Notes under the pieces: generated by a model | Databases searched by the model: none | Seen by the model: the letters and a program-made list of their open reading frames with translations, nothing else | Told to the model about the DNA's origin: nothing | Made by a program: the position numbers and the translations under genes | Source: an uncultured Dehalococcoidales bacterium | GTDB taxonomy: Bacteria > Chloroflexota > Dehalococcoidia > Dehalococcoidales > UBA2162 | Reading direction: 5' to 3' | Length of the DNA stretch: 45,395 nucleotides | Assembly (NCBI GenBank): GCA_964354005.1 | Contig: CAYGYD010000001.1 | Span: 1-45,395, forward strand | In this document: piece by piece, positions 16,961-26,252 of the stretch | Position numbering within the stretch: the first letter of the stretch is position 1 | Layout of the letters: every line of letters starts with the position of its first letter

Positions 16961-18259
16961 ATGGACAGTGCCCTTCTTGCCCAATCCTTGGCAAATCTGG
17001 ATGCTTGGCTGGAAAGCATGAGGCAGGCTGGTGGGTATGGTGGACCGGTCACACACATGTGGCGCTCAAATTATCTCTATTGCGGACCCATGCTCGACTG
17101 GCGCTATGAGGGAATAATATTAGGATACCTGGAACTTCACAAAAAGACAGGAAAGAACCAGTGGCTGGATAAGGCAAAACGAGCCGGTCTTGACCTCGTC
17201 TCTGGGCAGTATTCCTGCGGTAACTTCAAAAACTCCTCTTTTGAGAGGGGACCGATTCCGGGAGGCACACCCCATGAGGCAAGTGCCGACGTCGCCCTGT
17301 TGAACCTAGCCAGACTACTGAAGGAAATGGAAGACCCATCGTGGAATGTCTTCTATGAAGGGGCGGCGAGGAATATCGAAGACTACCTGCTAAAGCATCT
17401 ATGGACCGGGGAATACTTCCGAAATTTGCCAGGGGATGATTTTTGGGTGGCAAATAAGAGTGCCACCATAATTGAGGCATTGCTCCTGTACCATGACTTC
17501 CTCCACAGCAAAGATCTGCTCCATGCTAGGACGATTGTACAGGTTGCCGCCCAGGCGGCCGAATCTATTCTGAAGCTCCAGCATCCAAGTGGAGGCATAG
17601 CCCAATCTTCGATAAGGGGTGATTCCCACACCCTCTACACTGCTAGGTGCATTTGGCCTTTGCTCCTGTTTCACGCAGTCACGCTTCGTCCGGAGTATCT
17701 GGAGGCAGCAAAGAAGGCAGTTGCCTTTCTGGCTACCTTGTCACGACAAGAGGGGGGATTTTACCAGGTTCAATATGAAAATGGAAACATAGGTCGATAT
17801 CCGGTATGGGTCGCTGCCTGTGGGGATATTCTTTATGGAATGTCCCGTTTGACCAAGGAGCATGATACCCTGATTGAAGTGAATACTACGTGGATGCTTC
17901 AATATCAGGACCCCTGTGGTGGCTTCCGGACGAGCTGTGGTTTTGGTGCCTGGGCCGGGGGTCGGGAGGGAGCTAGCTGTCTTGACTTCGGGGACGTACT
18001 TCATGTGTGCGGCTGGAACGACAAGGCGTTCCGTTTTCTGGCCGCGCTGTTGCCAGTAGGGAGTGACCTACCCGCGCCGTCCATACAGCCATGCCAAGTC
18101 AAATGTATGTTCCACAAGACTAAGGCAGTGTATCTGGAGGACCATCAAAGAATCTGGGTACAGGCAGTCAAGGGGGATGGGGTTCTTTACCACTGGAACA
18201 AGAATGAGAGATGGGCTAGCCTGACAAAATATCCCAAGTCCCACCGAAAGCTCACCTAA
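16961..18259 (+). CDS. Alpha/alpha-toroid repeat protein (prenyltransferase / squalene-cyclase-like repeats), function unknown
   Basis: Four spaced Q/R-x-x-GG(F/Y/I) motifs: RQAGGYGG, QHPSGGIAQ, RQEGGFYQ, QDPCGGFR. The ATG lies 1 nt after the stop of the upstream methyltransferase. Confidence 0.5.
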   Translation: MDSALLAQSLANLDAWLESMRQAGGYGGPVTHMWRSNYLYCGPMLDWRYEGIILGYLELHKKTGKNQWLDKAKRAGLDLVSGQYSCGNFKNSSFERGPIPGGTPHEASADVALLNLARLLKEMEDPSWNVFYEGAARNIEDYLLKHLWTGEYFRNLPGDDFWVANKSATIIEALLLYHDFLHSKDLLHARTIVQVAAQAAESILKLQHPSGGIAQSSIRGDSHTLYTARCIWPLLLFHAVTLRPEYLEAAKKAVAFLATLSRQEGGFYQVQYENGNIGRYPVWVAACGDILYGMSRLTKEHDTLIEVNTTWMLQYQDPCGGFRTSCGFGAWAGGREGASCLDFGDVLHVCGWNDKAFRFLAALLPVGSDLPAPSIQPCQVKCMFHKTKAVYLEDHQRIWVQAVKGDGVLYHWNKNERWASLTKYPKSHRKLT

Positions 18260-19191
18260 GCGAAGCGACTCTTTACTTGCCTTCCCCAGAGTCCGACTTT
18301 CGCGATAAGGCGGCTGTCGAGAAGAGAGGCCACCAGGTAAGGGTAGACCCGCATATAGCAAGGGTTAAGTCGAGCGCAGGCTAGCAGTTTTGTTCTTCCC
18401 TCCTGGGTTCTTCCCTTGAGTACCAGATATCGGCCATGCTCGTAGTAGACGATAGACAGATTCCTCTCAAGAAGCTTGAGGTCGTCAGGATTCAAGGCGA
18501 GAGTGCGTGCCGCTTTGTTCATCACTATGGCTCTTCCTTGCCATACCTTCTCCCAGTTCTTTGATACGTTTGTGGCATGGCTTCTCACCTTTACCAGAGG
18601 CATATCTATCCCCTCAAGGTCAAACTGACGGGCAATGCGCAGCCACATGTCCCGGTCTTGGACTTCCCTGATCGATTCGTCGAAATAGCCTACGGTCTCG
18701 AAAACGCTTCGCCTAATGACCGCCGTGCTCGGCTTGATAAACTGGATTGATAACAGATGTCTCAGCACCTTTCCTGAGAAGACACCCTTTCCATCCAGGA
18801 ACCTACCTGTGATGGTGCCGGTCTGGTCGTCAAACAGGTAAGCGTCTGAATAGACAAGAGCTGCCGCGGGATGAGAATCAAGAAGTCCTACCTGTAGCTC
18901 GAGCTTCCGAGGAAGCCATATATCATCAGAATCCAGCAAAGCAATATACTCACCAGCCGAGGCATGTATCCCGGTGTTCCTGGCCGCTGAAAGACCGCGG
19001 TTCTCTTGGTAGAGGTACTTGATTTTGGGGTCCCGGAAGATGTTGACCACTTGCCTGGTATTATCAGTGGAACCGTCATCCACCACGACGAGCTCGAAGT
19101 CTTGATAAGTCTGCGCTAGAACGCTATTAACAGTCTCACTCAGAAAACGGCCATGGTTATATGCGGGTATTATCACGCTTACCTTAGGCAT
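18256..19191 (-). CDS. GT2 family glycosyltransferase
   Basis: KVSVIIPAYNHGRFL...VVVDDGSTDNT...LDSDD (DxD). The start at the internal ATG 19191 overlaps the upstream gene by 8 nt. Its stop overlaps the stop of the convergent gene (CTAA at 18256-18259). Confidence 0.9.
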   Translation of the reverse strand: MPKVSVIIPAYNHGRFLSETVNSVLAQTYQDFELVVVDDGSTDNTRQVVNIFRDPKIKYLYQENRGLSAARNTGIHASAGEYIALLDSDDIWLPRKLELQVGLLDSHPAAALVYSDAYLFDDQTGTITGRFLDGKGVFSGKVLRHLLSIQFIKPSTAVIRRSVFETVGYFDESIREVQDRDMWLRIARQFDLEGIDMPLVKVRSHATNVSKNWEKVWQGRAIVMNKAARTLALNPDDLKLLERNLSIVYYEHGRYLVLKGRTQEGRTKLLACARLNPCYMRVYPYLVASLLDSRLIAKVGLWGRQVKSRFA

Positions 19192-20176
19192 CGCTTTCCT
19201 CCGTAAATCCGCCTGTCTGAACAAAACACTTTCTGAGGCTGTGTAACGTCAGCCATAGCTTATCTGGTAGGAGGGACTTGGCATACACAAAGGTAAGAGC
19301 TATGCCTTCGCTCCTGAGCAAGATTTGGGGATAGGCCCTGAAAGCCTGGTGCACATACCGGCGAGCCAGCTTCATATTTCGACCATAAGTGAAAAATGCC
19401 CTTCTGCGATAAAAGTTGTAGTAAGCCTGGTTCTTCCAAGGCTGCAACTGGGTAGCAAAATCCGGGTCCTCAAATACTTCTCGTATTATCAGGGAAAAAG
19501 CCTTTTCTGCCGATTCCGGGGTCGGACCGTGGCTAAGTGAATCGGGGTGAACCCGGTACTTCTCCACCGGCTCGGCTATGTAGGCCGCCGGGTACCGCTT
19601 AGCCAGGCGAATCCACATAAGACGGTCTTCTGTAATCCTCAATTCCTCATGAAATCTGCCTACCTCATCAAGGCAACTTCGCCTCACGATCACTGAGGAC
19701 GTGGGGACGGTGTTGGCCAATAGTAACTGCTTGACCTGCTCTTTGGTATCTACAATGGTAGACTGATTCAAAAAGCGGGATTTCATCACTCCGGATACAT
19801 GCCCATTATCGTCAATCACGTAAGCTTGGCCGTAGCTGAAACCGACTTCAGGGTGCCTATCCAGCACTGCCACTCCTTTCTGAAGAGCGTTTTGCAGGAG
19901 AACGTCATCGGAGTCCAAAAAGGCGATATACTCACCACCGGCAAGCTCAATACCTCTGTTACGGGCAGATGCCACCCCTCGGTTTTCTTGCCGGATATAT
20001 CTTATGGGGAAGCTGCGGACCAACTCAGGTGTACTGTCCGTGGACCCATCGTCAACGACAATGACTTCAATGCCCTCGTCGAGGGTTTGGTCAAGAGCGC
20101 TGTGGACGGCAGCCGCCAAGTATCGGGATTGATTATAAGTCGGGATAATTACACTTACCTTGGGCACTTTCCCCAT
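19184..20176 (-). CDS. GT2 family glycosyltransferase (paralog of 26253-27305)
   Basis: PKVSVIIPTYN...VIVVDDGSTDST...FLDSDD. Shares EVGFSYGQ, VRRSCL.EVG.F and AAYIAEP blocks with the 26253-27305 product. Confidence 0.9.
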   Translation of the reverse strand: MGKVPKVSVIIPTYNQSRYLAAAVHSALDQTLDEGIEVIVVDDGSTDSTPELVRSFPIRYIRQENRGVASARNRGIELAGGEYIAFLDSDDVLLQNALQKGVAVLDRHPEVGFSYGQAYVIDDNGHVSGVMKSRFLNQSTIVDTKEQVKQLLLANTVPTSSVIVRRSCLDEVGRFHEELRITEDRLMWIRLAKRYPAAYIAEPVEKYRVHPDSLSHGPTPESAEKAFSLIIREVFEDPDFATQLQPWKNQAYYNFYRRRAFFTYGRNMKLARRYVHQAFRAYPQILLRSEGIALTFVYAKSLLPDKLWLTLHSLRKCFVQTGGFTEESDA

Positions 20177-20256
20177 TTTATCACCAGTTCCTCATTATCT
20201 CGTTTAGCATGAAGGTCACCGGCGGCTTTGAAATACTCTAGCGATACGGGTGATTC

Positions 20257-21801
20257 TCATGAGCTGGCCTCTTCATGTGATTTCCCGGTACCGTGCACAG
20301 CCATTTTCTGAACTGGGTGTATCTTCGTCACCGCTACCCTTACGTACGATGTGATTATCTCCAGAAAGAGGGCGACCATTTCATCAAAGATTTTGACACG
20401 GGCCACCTTCATTGCCACGAAATAAATAGCGGCGCCAAGAAGAACCGAGCCAGCTAGGACTCCGGCATCGGGCACAACAGTCAGACTCCGTAACCCATAC
20501 TGAAAGCCGAGAACGGCAACAGCCATTACTGCAGAACCGAACGCGGCTGGCCCTAGTGAGACGAAGTAATCCCTCATGCTCAAATTGATGAGGCGGTTAG
20601 CAAATATCTGACGAATTAGCCACAGAATAGTTGCGGCCGCTGATACCCCCAACGCAACACCTACTGTTCCGAATCTGATTCCGACAAGCAGGCCCGGAAC
20701 CAGCACAACCACATTTAACAGGCTGAACTTCAGGTCAATATCAGGTCGGCCCTTCGCCTGGAAGAGCGGCGTATTCGTCCTGCCGATTATGGTAACGGCC
20801 CCCATGATGCACAATATCTGCATTGGCAGGGTAGCCGAAATCCATTTCTCGCCGAAAACCACCTTGACTAGCTCAGGAGTCACTAGAACTAGGCCAGTAA
20901 ACATAGGCAGCCCTACCAGGGACAGAAAAGCCACACTCTTTATGAATCCACGGCGCAATCGTTCGTCTTCATCTTGAACCATCGAGAAAGCCGGGAGAAT
21001 GACTCTACTCAGCGACAGCCGTATCACATCTGCAGGCTGCGCCACTGTTCTGTACCCTAGATTATAGAATCCGACTGCTGCCGAAGACATGAATTTCCCG
21101 ACAATCAGATTGTCCAATCTTACTGTACCAAAGTAGACCAGTTTAGCCGCCATTACATTAAAGCCAAATTTCCACAAATCCTTCAAACTCTTCAGGCTGA
21201 ACTGTATGGACGGATGCCAGCGACATAAAATCCACCTCAAGGTGACATAGCCAATGTCGCCTGCCACTCTACCCAGCACAAGGCTCCATACCCCGAGTCC
21301 GGCAAAGGCCATAGACACTGCCGTCACAAGATAAGTGGCGTTCCCCCCCAGTTCGGCACTTGAGAATCTGAAAAACTCCATTCTCCTTCTGAGCAGGGCG
21401 CCATGAACCGCGCCTAAAGACGTAATTACAAAGGATAGGGAGGAAAGTCTCAACACTGGGCCGACCAACTCGCTCCTGAAAAAATGCGCTACGAGGGGGG
21501 AAATAGCTATGGTGATGATACAGAGCGTAGCGCCCATCGCGCAGATAACCCAAAACGCTGTTGAAAGATGAGCCGGCGTGATTTCCTTTCGCTGGATGAC
21601 AGCCTCGTTAAAGCCTAGGTCGATTGCGGCATATGCCAAGACACTTACAACCGCCGCCATTGCGATGACGCCGAAGTCTTCCGGCATCAGCAAACGCGCC
21701 AGAATAACCATGCTGCCAACACTCAATCCTTGACTCAGGATCTCTGACAACGCTACCCAAACCGCTCCCCGCGCCGCTGACTTAGTAAGAGAGCTCTTCA
21801 T
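20257..21801 (-). CDS. wzx: Wzx-type polysaccharide flippase (MOP/MATE superfamily)
   Basis: 514-aa protein with ~14 predicted helices and the typical N-terminal region (AARGAVWVALSEILSQGLS..ILARLL.PEDFG). Its ATG overlaps the stop of the upstream GT4 (ATGA). Confidence 0.85.
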   Translation of the reverse strand: MKSSLTKSAARGAVWVALSEILSQGLSVGSMVILARLLMPEDFGVIAMAAVVSVLAYAAIDLGFNEAVIQRKEITPAHLSTAFWVICAMGATLCIITIAISPLVAHFFRSELVGPVLRLSSLSFVITSLGAVHGALLRRRMEFFRFSSAELGGNATYLVTAVSMAFAGLGVWSLVLGRVAGDIGYVTLRWILCRWHPSIQFSLKSLKDLWKFGFNVMAAKLVYFGTVRLDNLIVGKFMSSAAVGFYNLGYRTVAQPADVIRLSLSRVILPAFSMVQDEDERLRRGFIKSVAFLSLVGLPMFTGLVLVTPELVKVVFGEKWISATLPMQILCIMGAVTIIGRTNTPLFQAKGRPDIDLKFSLLNVVVLVPGLLVGIRFGTVGVALGVSAAATILWLIRQIFANRLINLSMRDYFVSLGPAAFGSAVMAVAVLGFQYGLRSLTVVPDAGVLAGSVLLGAAIYFVAMKVARVKIFDEMVALFLEIITSYVRVAVTKIHPVQKMAVHGTGKSHEEASS

Positions 21802-22961
21802 ACGGCTAGCTCGCTTTTCTTCCCCCGTCTCTGCTTCAGAGCCGTTTCATATAGAGACTCGTACTGGTTAACCATATTTTCAAGGCTGAACCGGTGGATA
21901 GTCCTTTCCTTGGCCCTCTCACCTATCATCCGGGCTAGCACCGGGTCACGGAGCAGCCGTATGATGGCCTCAGACAGAGCCTTAGGGTCTCCGAAAGGGA
22001 CCAGGAAGCCAGTTTCCCCATTGTCTATCAGTTCTCGGTTACCGCCTACGTCTGTAGCTACCACCGGTTTTCCCACTGCCATAGCCTCGAGCACTGAATT
22101 CGAACAGCCTTCCGTTTCCGAAGTCAATGCGGCTACATCAAAGGCGGCTAAGTAAGGTCCTACCTCTCGTTGTTCACCTAAGAAGGCCACCTTTGATTCT
22201 AGACCTAGCTTCTGGCTCAACGCCTCTAGGTAGCTGCGCCATGGGCCATCACCAACAATGGCAAACCTTGTCTCCGGGATGGCCTGGTTTACCAAAGCCG
22301 CTGCCTGCAGGAAGATGTCATGGCGCTTCACTGGGAACAAGCGGGCCATTATGCCTACCACTTGGCCGCCGGTCGGCAGACCCAGCGCTTGTCTTATGCG
22401 CTCCACATCTTTGCCATTGCTGTTAAGGCGAGTCACGTTGAGCCCGTTGTAAATCACTTTAACACGCTCAGGCGCAATCCCACGCTTGATAAGATATTCC
22501 CTTCCGGCCTCGCTATTCGCTACGACAATATCAGCGTAGCGGGTAAGGAAGTCCTCCGCTCTAAGGTACAGGCGATAGCCGAGCGGGGCATTCCTCAGAC
22601 CAATACCAGACCTCTCGGTTACAATCTTGACTGGCGTATGGGACAGGAGTGCTGGGATAAGTCCATAAAATGTAGCCGGAGTCAAAAAAGGCTGCACGAC
22701 GTCTGCCTCCAAGCGCCGGAGGAGACGTAAGACCTTAAAGACGTATAGGAAGTCGCTTTTTTTCTTTCGTTCCAAGGAAATAAGCCGGACACGAGGAATC
22801 GCTTTGAATTCCGCCTCCATCGAGCCTCCCGAACGAAAGGTGAGGACAACAGGGCGGAAACGCTTCTTGTCAAGACCCTTCACCAGCTCAAGTAACTGGC
22901 GCTGCGCCCCGTCCCTGGGCAGGTCAGTTATCGGAAAGAGTAAGGTCATCCGCTCGTTCAT
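21798..22961 (-). CDS. GT4 family glycosyltransferase
   Basis: C-terminal GT-B motif SETEGCSNSVLEAMAVGKPVVATDVGGNRELI (E-x7-E). Confidence 0.9.
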   Translation of the reverse strand: MNERMTLLFPITDLPRDGAQRQLLELVKGLDKKRFRPVVLTFRSGGSMEAEFKAIPRVRLISLERKKKSDFLYVFKVLRLLRRLEADVVQPFLTPATFYGLIPALLSHTPVKIVTERSGIGLRNAPLGYRLYLRAEDFLTRYADIVVANSEAGREYLIKRGIAPERVKVIYNGLNVTRLNSNGKDVERIRQALGLPTGGQVVGIMARLFPVKRHDIFLQAAALVNQAIPETRFAIVGDGPWRSYLEALSQKLGLESKVAFLGEQREVGPYLAAFDVAALTSETEGCSNSVLEAMAVGKPVVATDVGGNRELIDNGETGFLVPFGDPKALSEAIIRLLRDPVLARMIGERAKERTIHRFSLENMVNQYESLYETALKQRRGKKSELAV

Positions 22962-22980
22962 CAGTATTATCCTAATGGGT

Positions 22981-24414
22981 TCAACCCTGAATTATCTTGG
23001 CGGCCTCTTGGTTTTGCCTACCCGCCGCCAGTCTAGCTACGGCGGCAGAGAAACCAACGAGTACCCAGAGAAGAGGCAGGGTGGCGAACCCGTTGTGATA
23101 GAAGGCGTTTACCGCGTAGGATATCAGCCCCGCTGCTAAACCCAGAGAGAGCCCCTTAATGAAGCGCTTATCCGACGCTCGATAAGAATCAAAGAGGTTC
23201 CGCATGGTAGCCATGAAAAGCCACAAAAAGGCCACCAGAGCCATCACTCCATAACTAATCGACATCGTCAGAAAATCATTGTGTGGTTCCAAAGCACCCA
23301 AGGTTCTGTAACCCCAGTAGCTTTTCTGCTCCCACCTTAATAGGGTCGGGTCCACACTGGAGGCATATTGCGGCGAGACGGTCTTAAACTGGTCGCCACC
23401 GATTCCCAGGATTGGGTTGTCCTGGACGATGGCAAATCCTGCCTGCCACAGTATCTTCCGCGAAATAGAACTCTCTTGCTGGGTAGCTATGTCTCTGCCG
23501 CCAAGGTATTGGTCGCTCATAAATCCCGATACCTCAATAAAGCCCACCCCTGCGAGTATAATGACCAGTATGATTTCGCCTCTAATCCGTCTTAAAAGGA
23601 ATATGACCAGCGCTATTACCCCGAGGGCTAGAGCCAGAAGAGCTGAACGTGTATAAGTGAAGTACAAGGCCAGCCCCATCATCACCACTGATATCCCCAG
23701 CAGGGGTCTCATCCGTTTTGCGCCTCCGTACAGCAAAACGCCCAACACTGCCAAGATTACCACCGGCAGAACGAGCATTAGTTCAAGCTTGCTCTCACTT
23801 ATCCCTGACACACGGGAAACGAGTCCCCCCAGAAACTGGTAATGTTGCAGCACTCCGATGATAGCCGAGACGGTTACCGTGATAAAGGCTACTCCACAAA
23901 GTGTTTTCAGGTCCTTGAGGTTCCTGACTACAGCCGCTAAAAAGATAACAATCAAAAGGCCAGCCAGCATATTACGGAAATCTTTGAAAGCAAAGTCAAA
24001 GTTTGAGTTAGTCATATTGGCAATCGTGCTTATAACCAGCAGGACCAGAGTTGGAATGATGACTCGTCTGGCCTTCGGGCCCAGTTCGATTTGCTTTCGG
24101 AAGCGCCACACGATTAGCCCAATCGCCAGCAATATCAAAAGACGCAGGCTGATAGCAATACCGAAAGGGGTATCAACCATATGACTGGGGAACGTTAGCT
24201 GGCTGACGACAACGGCAGCCATGGCCCACACTGGACTTTTCAGGCCAAGAAACAGCAAAACCAGCACCGTTAAGAGCACAACCATGAGATGGCCTGCCGG
24301 CTCTAGGATCCATCCGATTGTTAACAAGAGAATGGCCAGCCCGACTCCGACTGGATGGTATAGCAGACTAGGTTGTCGAGTGGTAATTTCCATCTTCTTA
24401 GCGGTAATTTCCAT
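22981..24414 (-). CDS. wzy: O-antigen ligase/polymerase family protein (Wzy-like)
   Basis: Polytopic 477-aa protein with a Wzy_C-like core (YTYTRSALLALALG..., EPHNDFLTMSISYG). Two in-frame ATGs (24414, 24393) were created by a 21-bp tandem duplication. Confidence 0.8.
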   Translation of the reverse strand: MEITAKKMEITTRQPSLLYHPVGVGLAILLLTIGWILEPAGHLMVVLLTVLVLLFLGLKSPVWAMAAVVVSQLTFPSHMVDTPFGIAISLRLLILLAIGLIVWRFRKQIELGPKARRVIIPTLVLLVISTIANMTNSNFDFAFKDFRNMLAGLLIVIFLAAVVRNLKDLKTLCGVAFITVTVSAIIGVLQHYQFLGGLVSRVSGISESKLELMLVLPVVILAVLGVLLYGGAKRMRPLLGISVVMMGLALYFTYTRSALLALALGVIALVIFLLRRIRGEIILVIILAGVGFIEVSGFMSDQYLGGRDIATQQESSISRKILWQAGFAIVQDNPILGIGGDQFKTVSPQYASSVDPTLLRWEQKSYWGYRTLGALEPHNDFLTMSISYGVMALVAFLWLFMATMRNLFDSYRASDKRFIKGLSLGLAAGLISYAVNAFYHNGFATLPLLWVLVGFSAAVARLAAGRQNQEAAKIIQG

Positions 24415-24532
24415 CTTCTTGTTCTATCGCAGCAATTCTGCGTATACTTTGAGGTAATAGTATCTTAGGGTAGAGCAGTGGTATGCTCCTAGCCGAGTAC
24501 ATTTACCCGAAGGTTCAGGGTCTCAGAAAAAC

Positions 24533-25921
24533 TCAGAACCTTCGTGAGTTCGGTGTTACGGCATCGCTTTCTCCTAATGGTTGTTCCCCTTCTTTCTCTT
24601 CTTTCTCTTGTTCTGCTCCAGAAATAAGCGGTGATGAGCGTACCTGTTGAACCAGCGCTCTGAAGTTAAGCACCAGCCAGGCCCCGAACAGACCCAGAAG
24701 CGTGCCCATTATCAGCGCATATCGTCCCTTGATTCTGTCTGGAGCGAGCGGTACCGGAGCTGAAGGGCTGTCCAAGGCTAGGGTGGCAATCAGGTCTAAC
24801 TGCTCAAGGTACTCACTGTTCAACGAGGTAAGGCTCCTGATAAGGTTGCTGCGCTCATATTCAAGGGCCGATTGCTTGGCAGTGAGAGTGATATAAGCCG
24901 GGGTCGTCTTGAACTCCTCAGCATTGCTTCCGGAATTCAAGGCGTCTATATCCTTTCGTATTAGTACGTACTCCAGGCTGATATCAGCCATTTCCCGGGT
25001 TATATATAAATACTCGTCAGAATCAAGGTCAAGCGCCATTTGAGCAAGGGACAGTTCGCTCAATCTTCCAGATAGCGCAGTAGCCTTCGTCTGGAGGACA
25101 ATGTAGTCCGGGTTTAGCGTAGGGTCCCCGGCGTCGGTGTCCTGCCCCGCAGTAAAGACAGCCAGTTCCGTGTCTACTTCCACCAAGTCGACACTGTTCT
25201 TGTCTAGCTTCTGTAAGAGGCGCTGGTACTGCTCAGACCGCGCTACTCCGGCCTGCTCATCCAGGTAAGATGGGAAAATTCGCGCAATCAGGTCGGCAAC
25301 AGCGTTCGACTCTTCAGGGTCATAGCTCGTCACCAGTACCCGCACATAGTGCTCAGCGTACCTATAACTGGCAGTCACCATCTCATCCAGCTCCTCCGGG
25401 CTTCGCTGATACTTGACGTTTGCCTTAGCTAGCTCCTCGCTAAGATATGTCATAAAAAGGGAAGTATTCAACGTAGCTTCGGAGTACTCACCAAAGGTCT
25501 CAAGCCTTTCCCTTTCTGCGCCACGTGTCCACCAACCTACGATGTTGACAAGAACTCTGCTTTCATAGACGGTAGGACGAGGCGCGGTTAGACCCGCCAC
25601 TTTGATAAGCGGCCACTCTCCGCTAAACCCGACCTGGACAGGGCTGATGGCCCAGTAACCGAGTCCTAGGCAGATTCCCAGAACAAGTCCTATGCTCAAA
25701 AAGACGATGGAGCGGCGGCTGAGAAGTGGCACGATGGTTGCTGTTGGTTTGTGTCTCTCTACCTTAACCTTCAGAATGGCCTCAAGACCATTACCTCCCC
25801 TCGCTGAGTTGGTAGCACGTTTTCTGCGGAATCGGCTAATCAAGTAGTCGATAAGCAAACCCGTAGCTGCTCCGATAGCAATAGCCACTAAGCATATCAC
25901 CACTATTTGCCACCATATCAT
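24533..25921 (-). CDS. Polysaccharide co-polymerase / chain-length determinant-like protein (Wzz/GumC-like), no kinase domain
   Basis: N-terminal TM helices, a long predicted helical/coiled extracytoplasmic region and a C-terminal TM helix (ALIMGTLLGLFGAWLVLNF). It sits next to wzy. This is a topology-based call. Confidence 0.5.
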   Translation of the reverse strand: MIWWQIVVICLVAIAIGAATGLLIDYLISRFRRKRATNSARGGNGLEAILKVKVERHKPTATIVPLLSRRSIVFLSIGLVLGICLGLGYWAISPVQVGFSGEWPLIKVAGLTAPRPTVYESRVLVNIVGWWTRGAERERLETFGEYSEATLNTSLFMTYLSEELAKANVKYQRSPEELDEMVTASYRYAEHYVRVLVTSYDPEESNAVADLIARIFPSYLDEQAGVARSEQYQRLLQKLDKNSVDLVEVDTELAVFTAGQDTDAGDPTLNPDYIVLQTKATALSGRLSELSLAQMALDLDSDEYLYITREMADISLEYVLIRKDIDALNSGSNAEEFKTTPAYITLTAKQSALEYERSNLIRSLTSLNSEYLEQLDLIATLALDSPSAPVPLAPDRIKGRYALIMGTLLGLFGAWLVLNFRALVQQVRSSPLISGAEQEKEEKEGEQPLGESDAVTPNSRRF

Positions 25922-25964
25922 ATCTCAACCTCCTATAAGATTGTCAGAAGTGCTCCAATCGGTT

Positions 25965-26246
25965 TCAATACAGCACTCCGATTCTATTTCGCCCGTCTCG
26001 CTCGTCTTTCTTACTAGGCAACGTCAACACTTCACTCATAACGGGGCTGAGCGAAGTCTCAGAAGCTGCTCCATGCAAATTTCCTTCAGCCATTGACATC
26101 ACCTTCCCATACAGGTGATACCGGCTTTTCTCCTGTTGACCGCTGGCAAGATGGCCCAGCATGACAACCTGATTGAGACCTGCGAAGGTATCTACCAGGC
26201 AAGTCCCGGTGAACGGCCCTGCGGGTAACCAACACTTTCTTTCCAC
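25965..26246 (-). pseudogene. Probable decayed remnant of a DegT-type aminotransferase gene
   Basis: nt 25971-26058 are homologous to 33380-33469, the 3' end plus downstream flank of the intact aminotransferase. By eye the core of ~60 nt is roughly 85 percent identical. The 93-aa ORF keeps LVD..(24 aa)..HLYG...HGA spacing resembling LVD..(27 aa)..HLYGHP..HGAEY of the intact genes. Confidence 0.4.
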
Positions 26247-26252
26247 ACAGTC

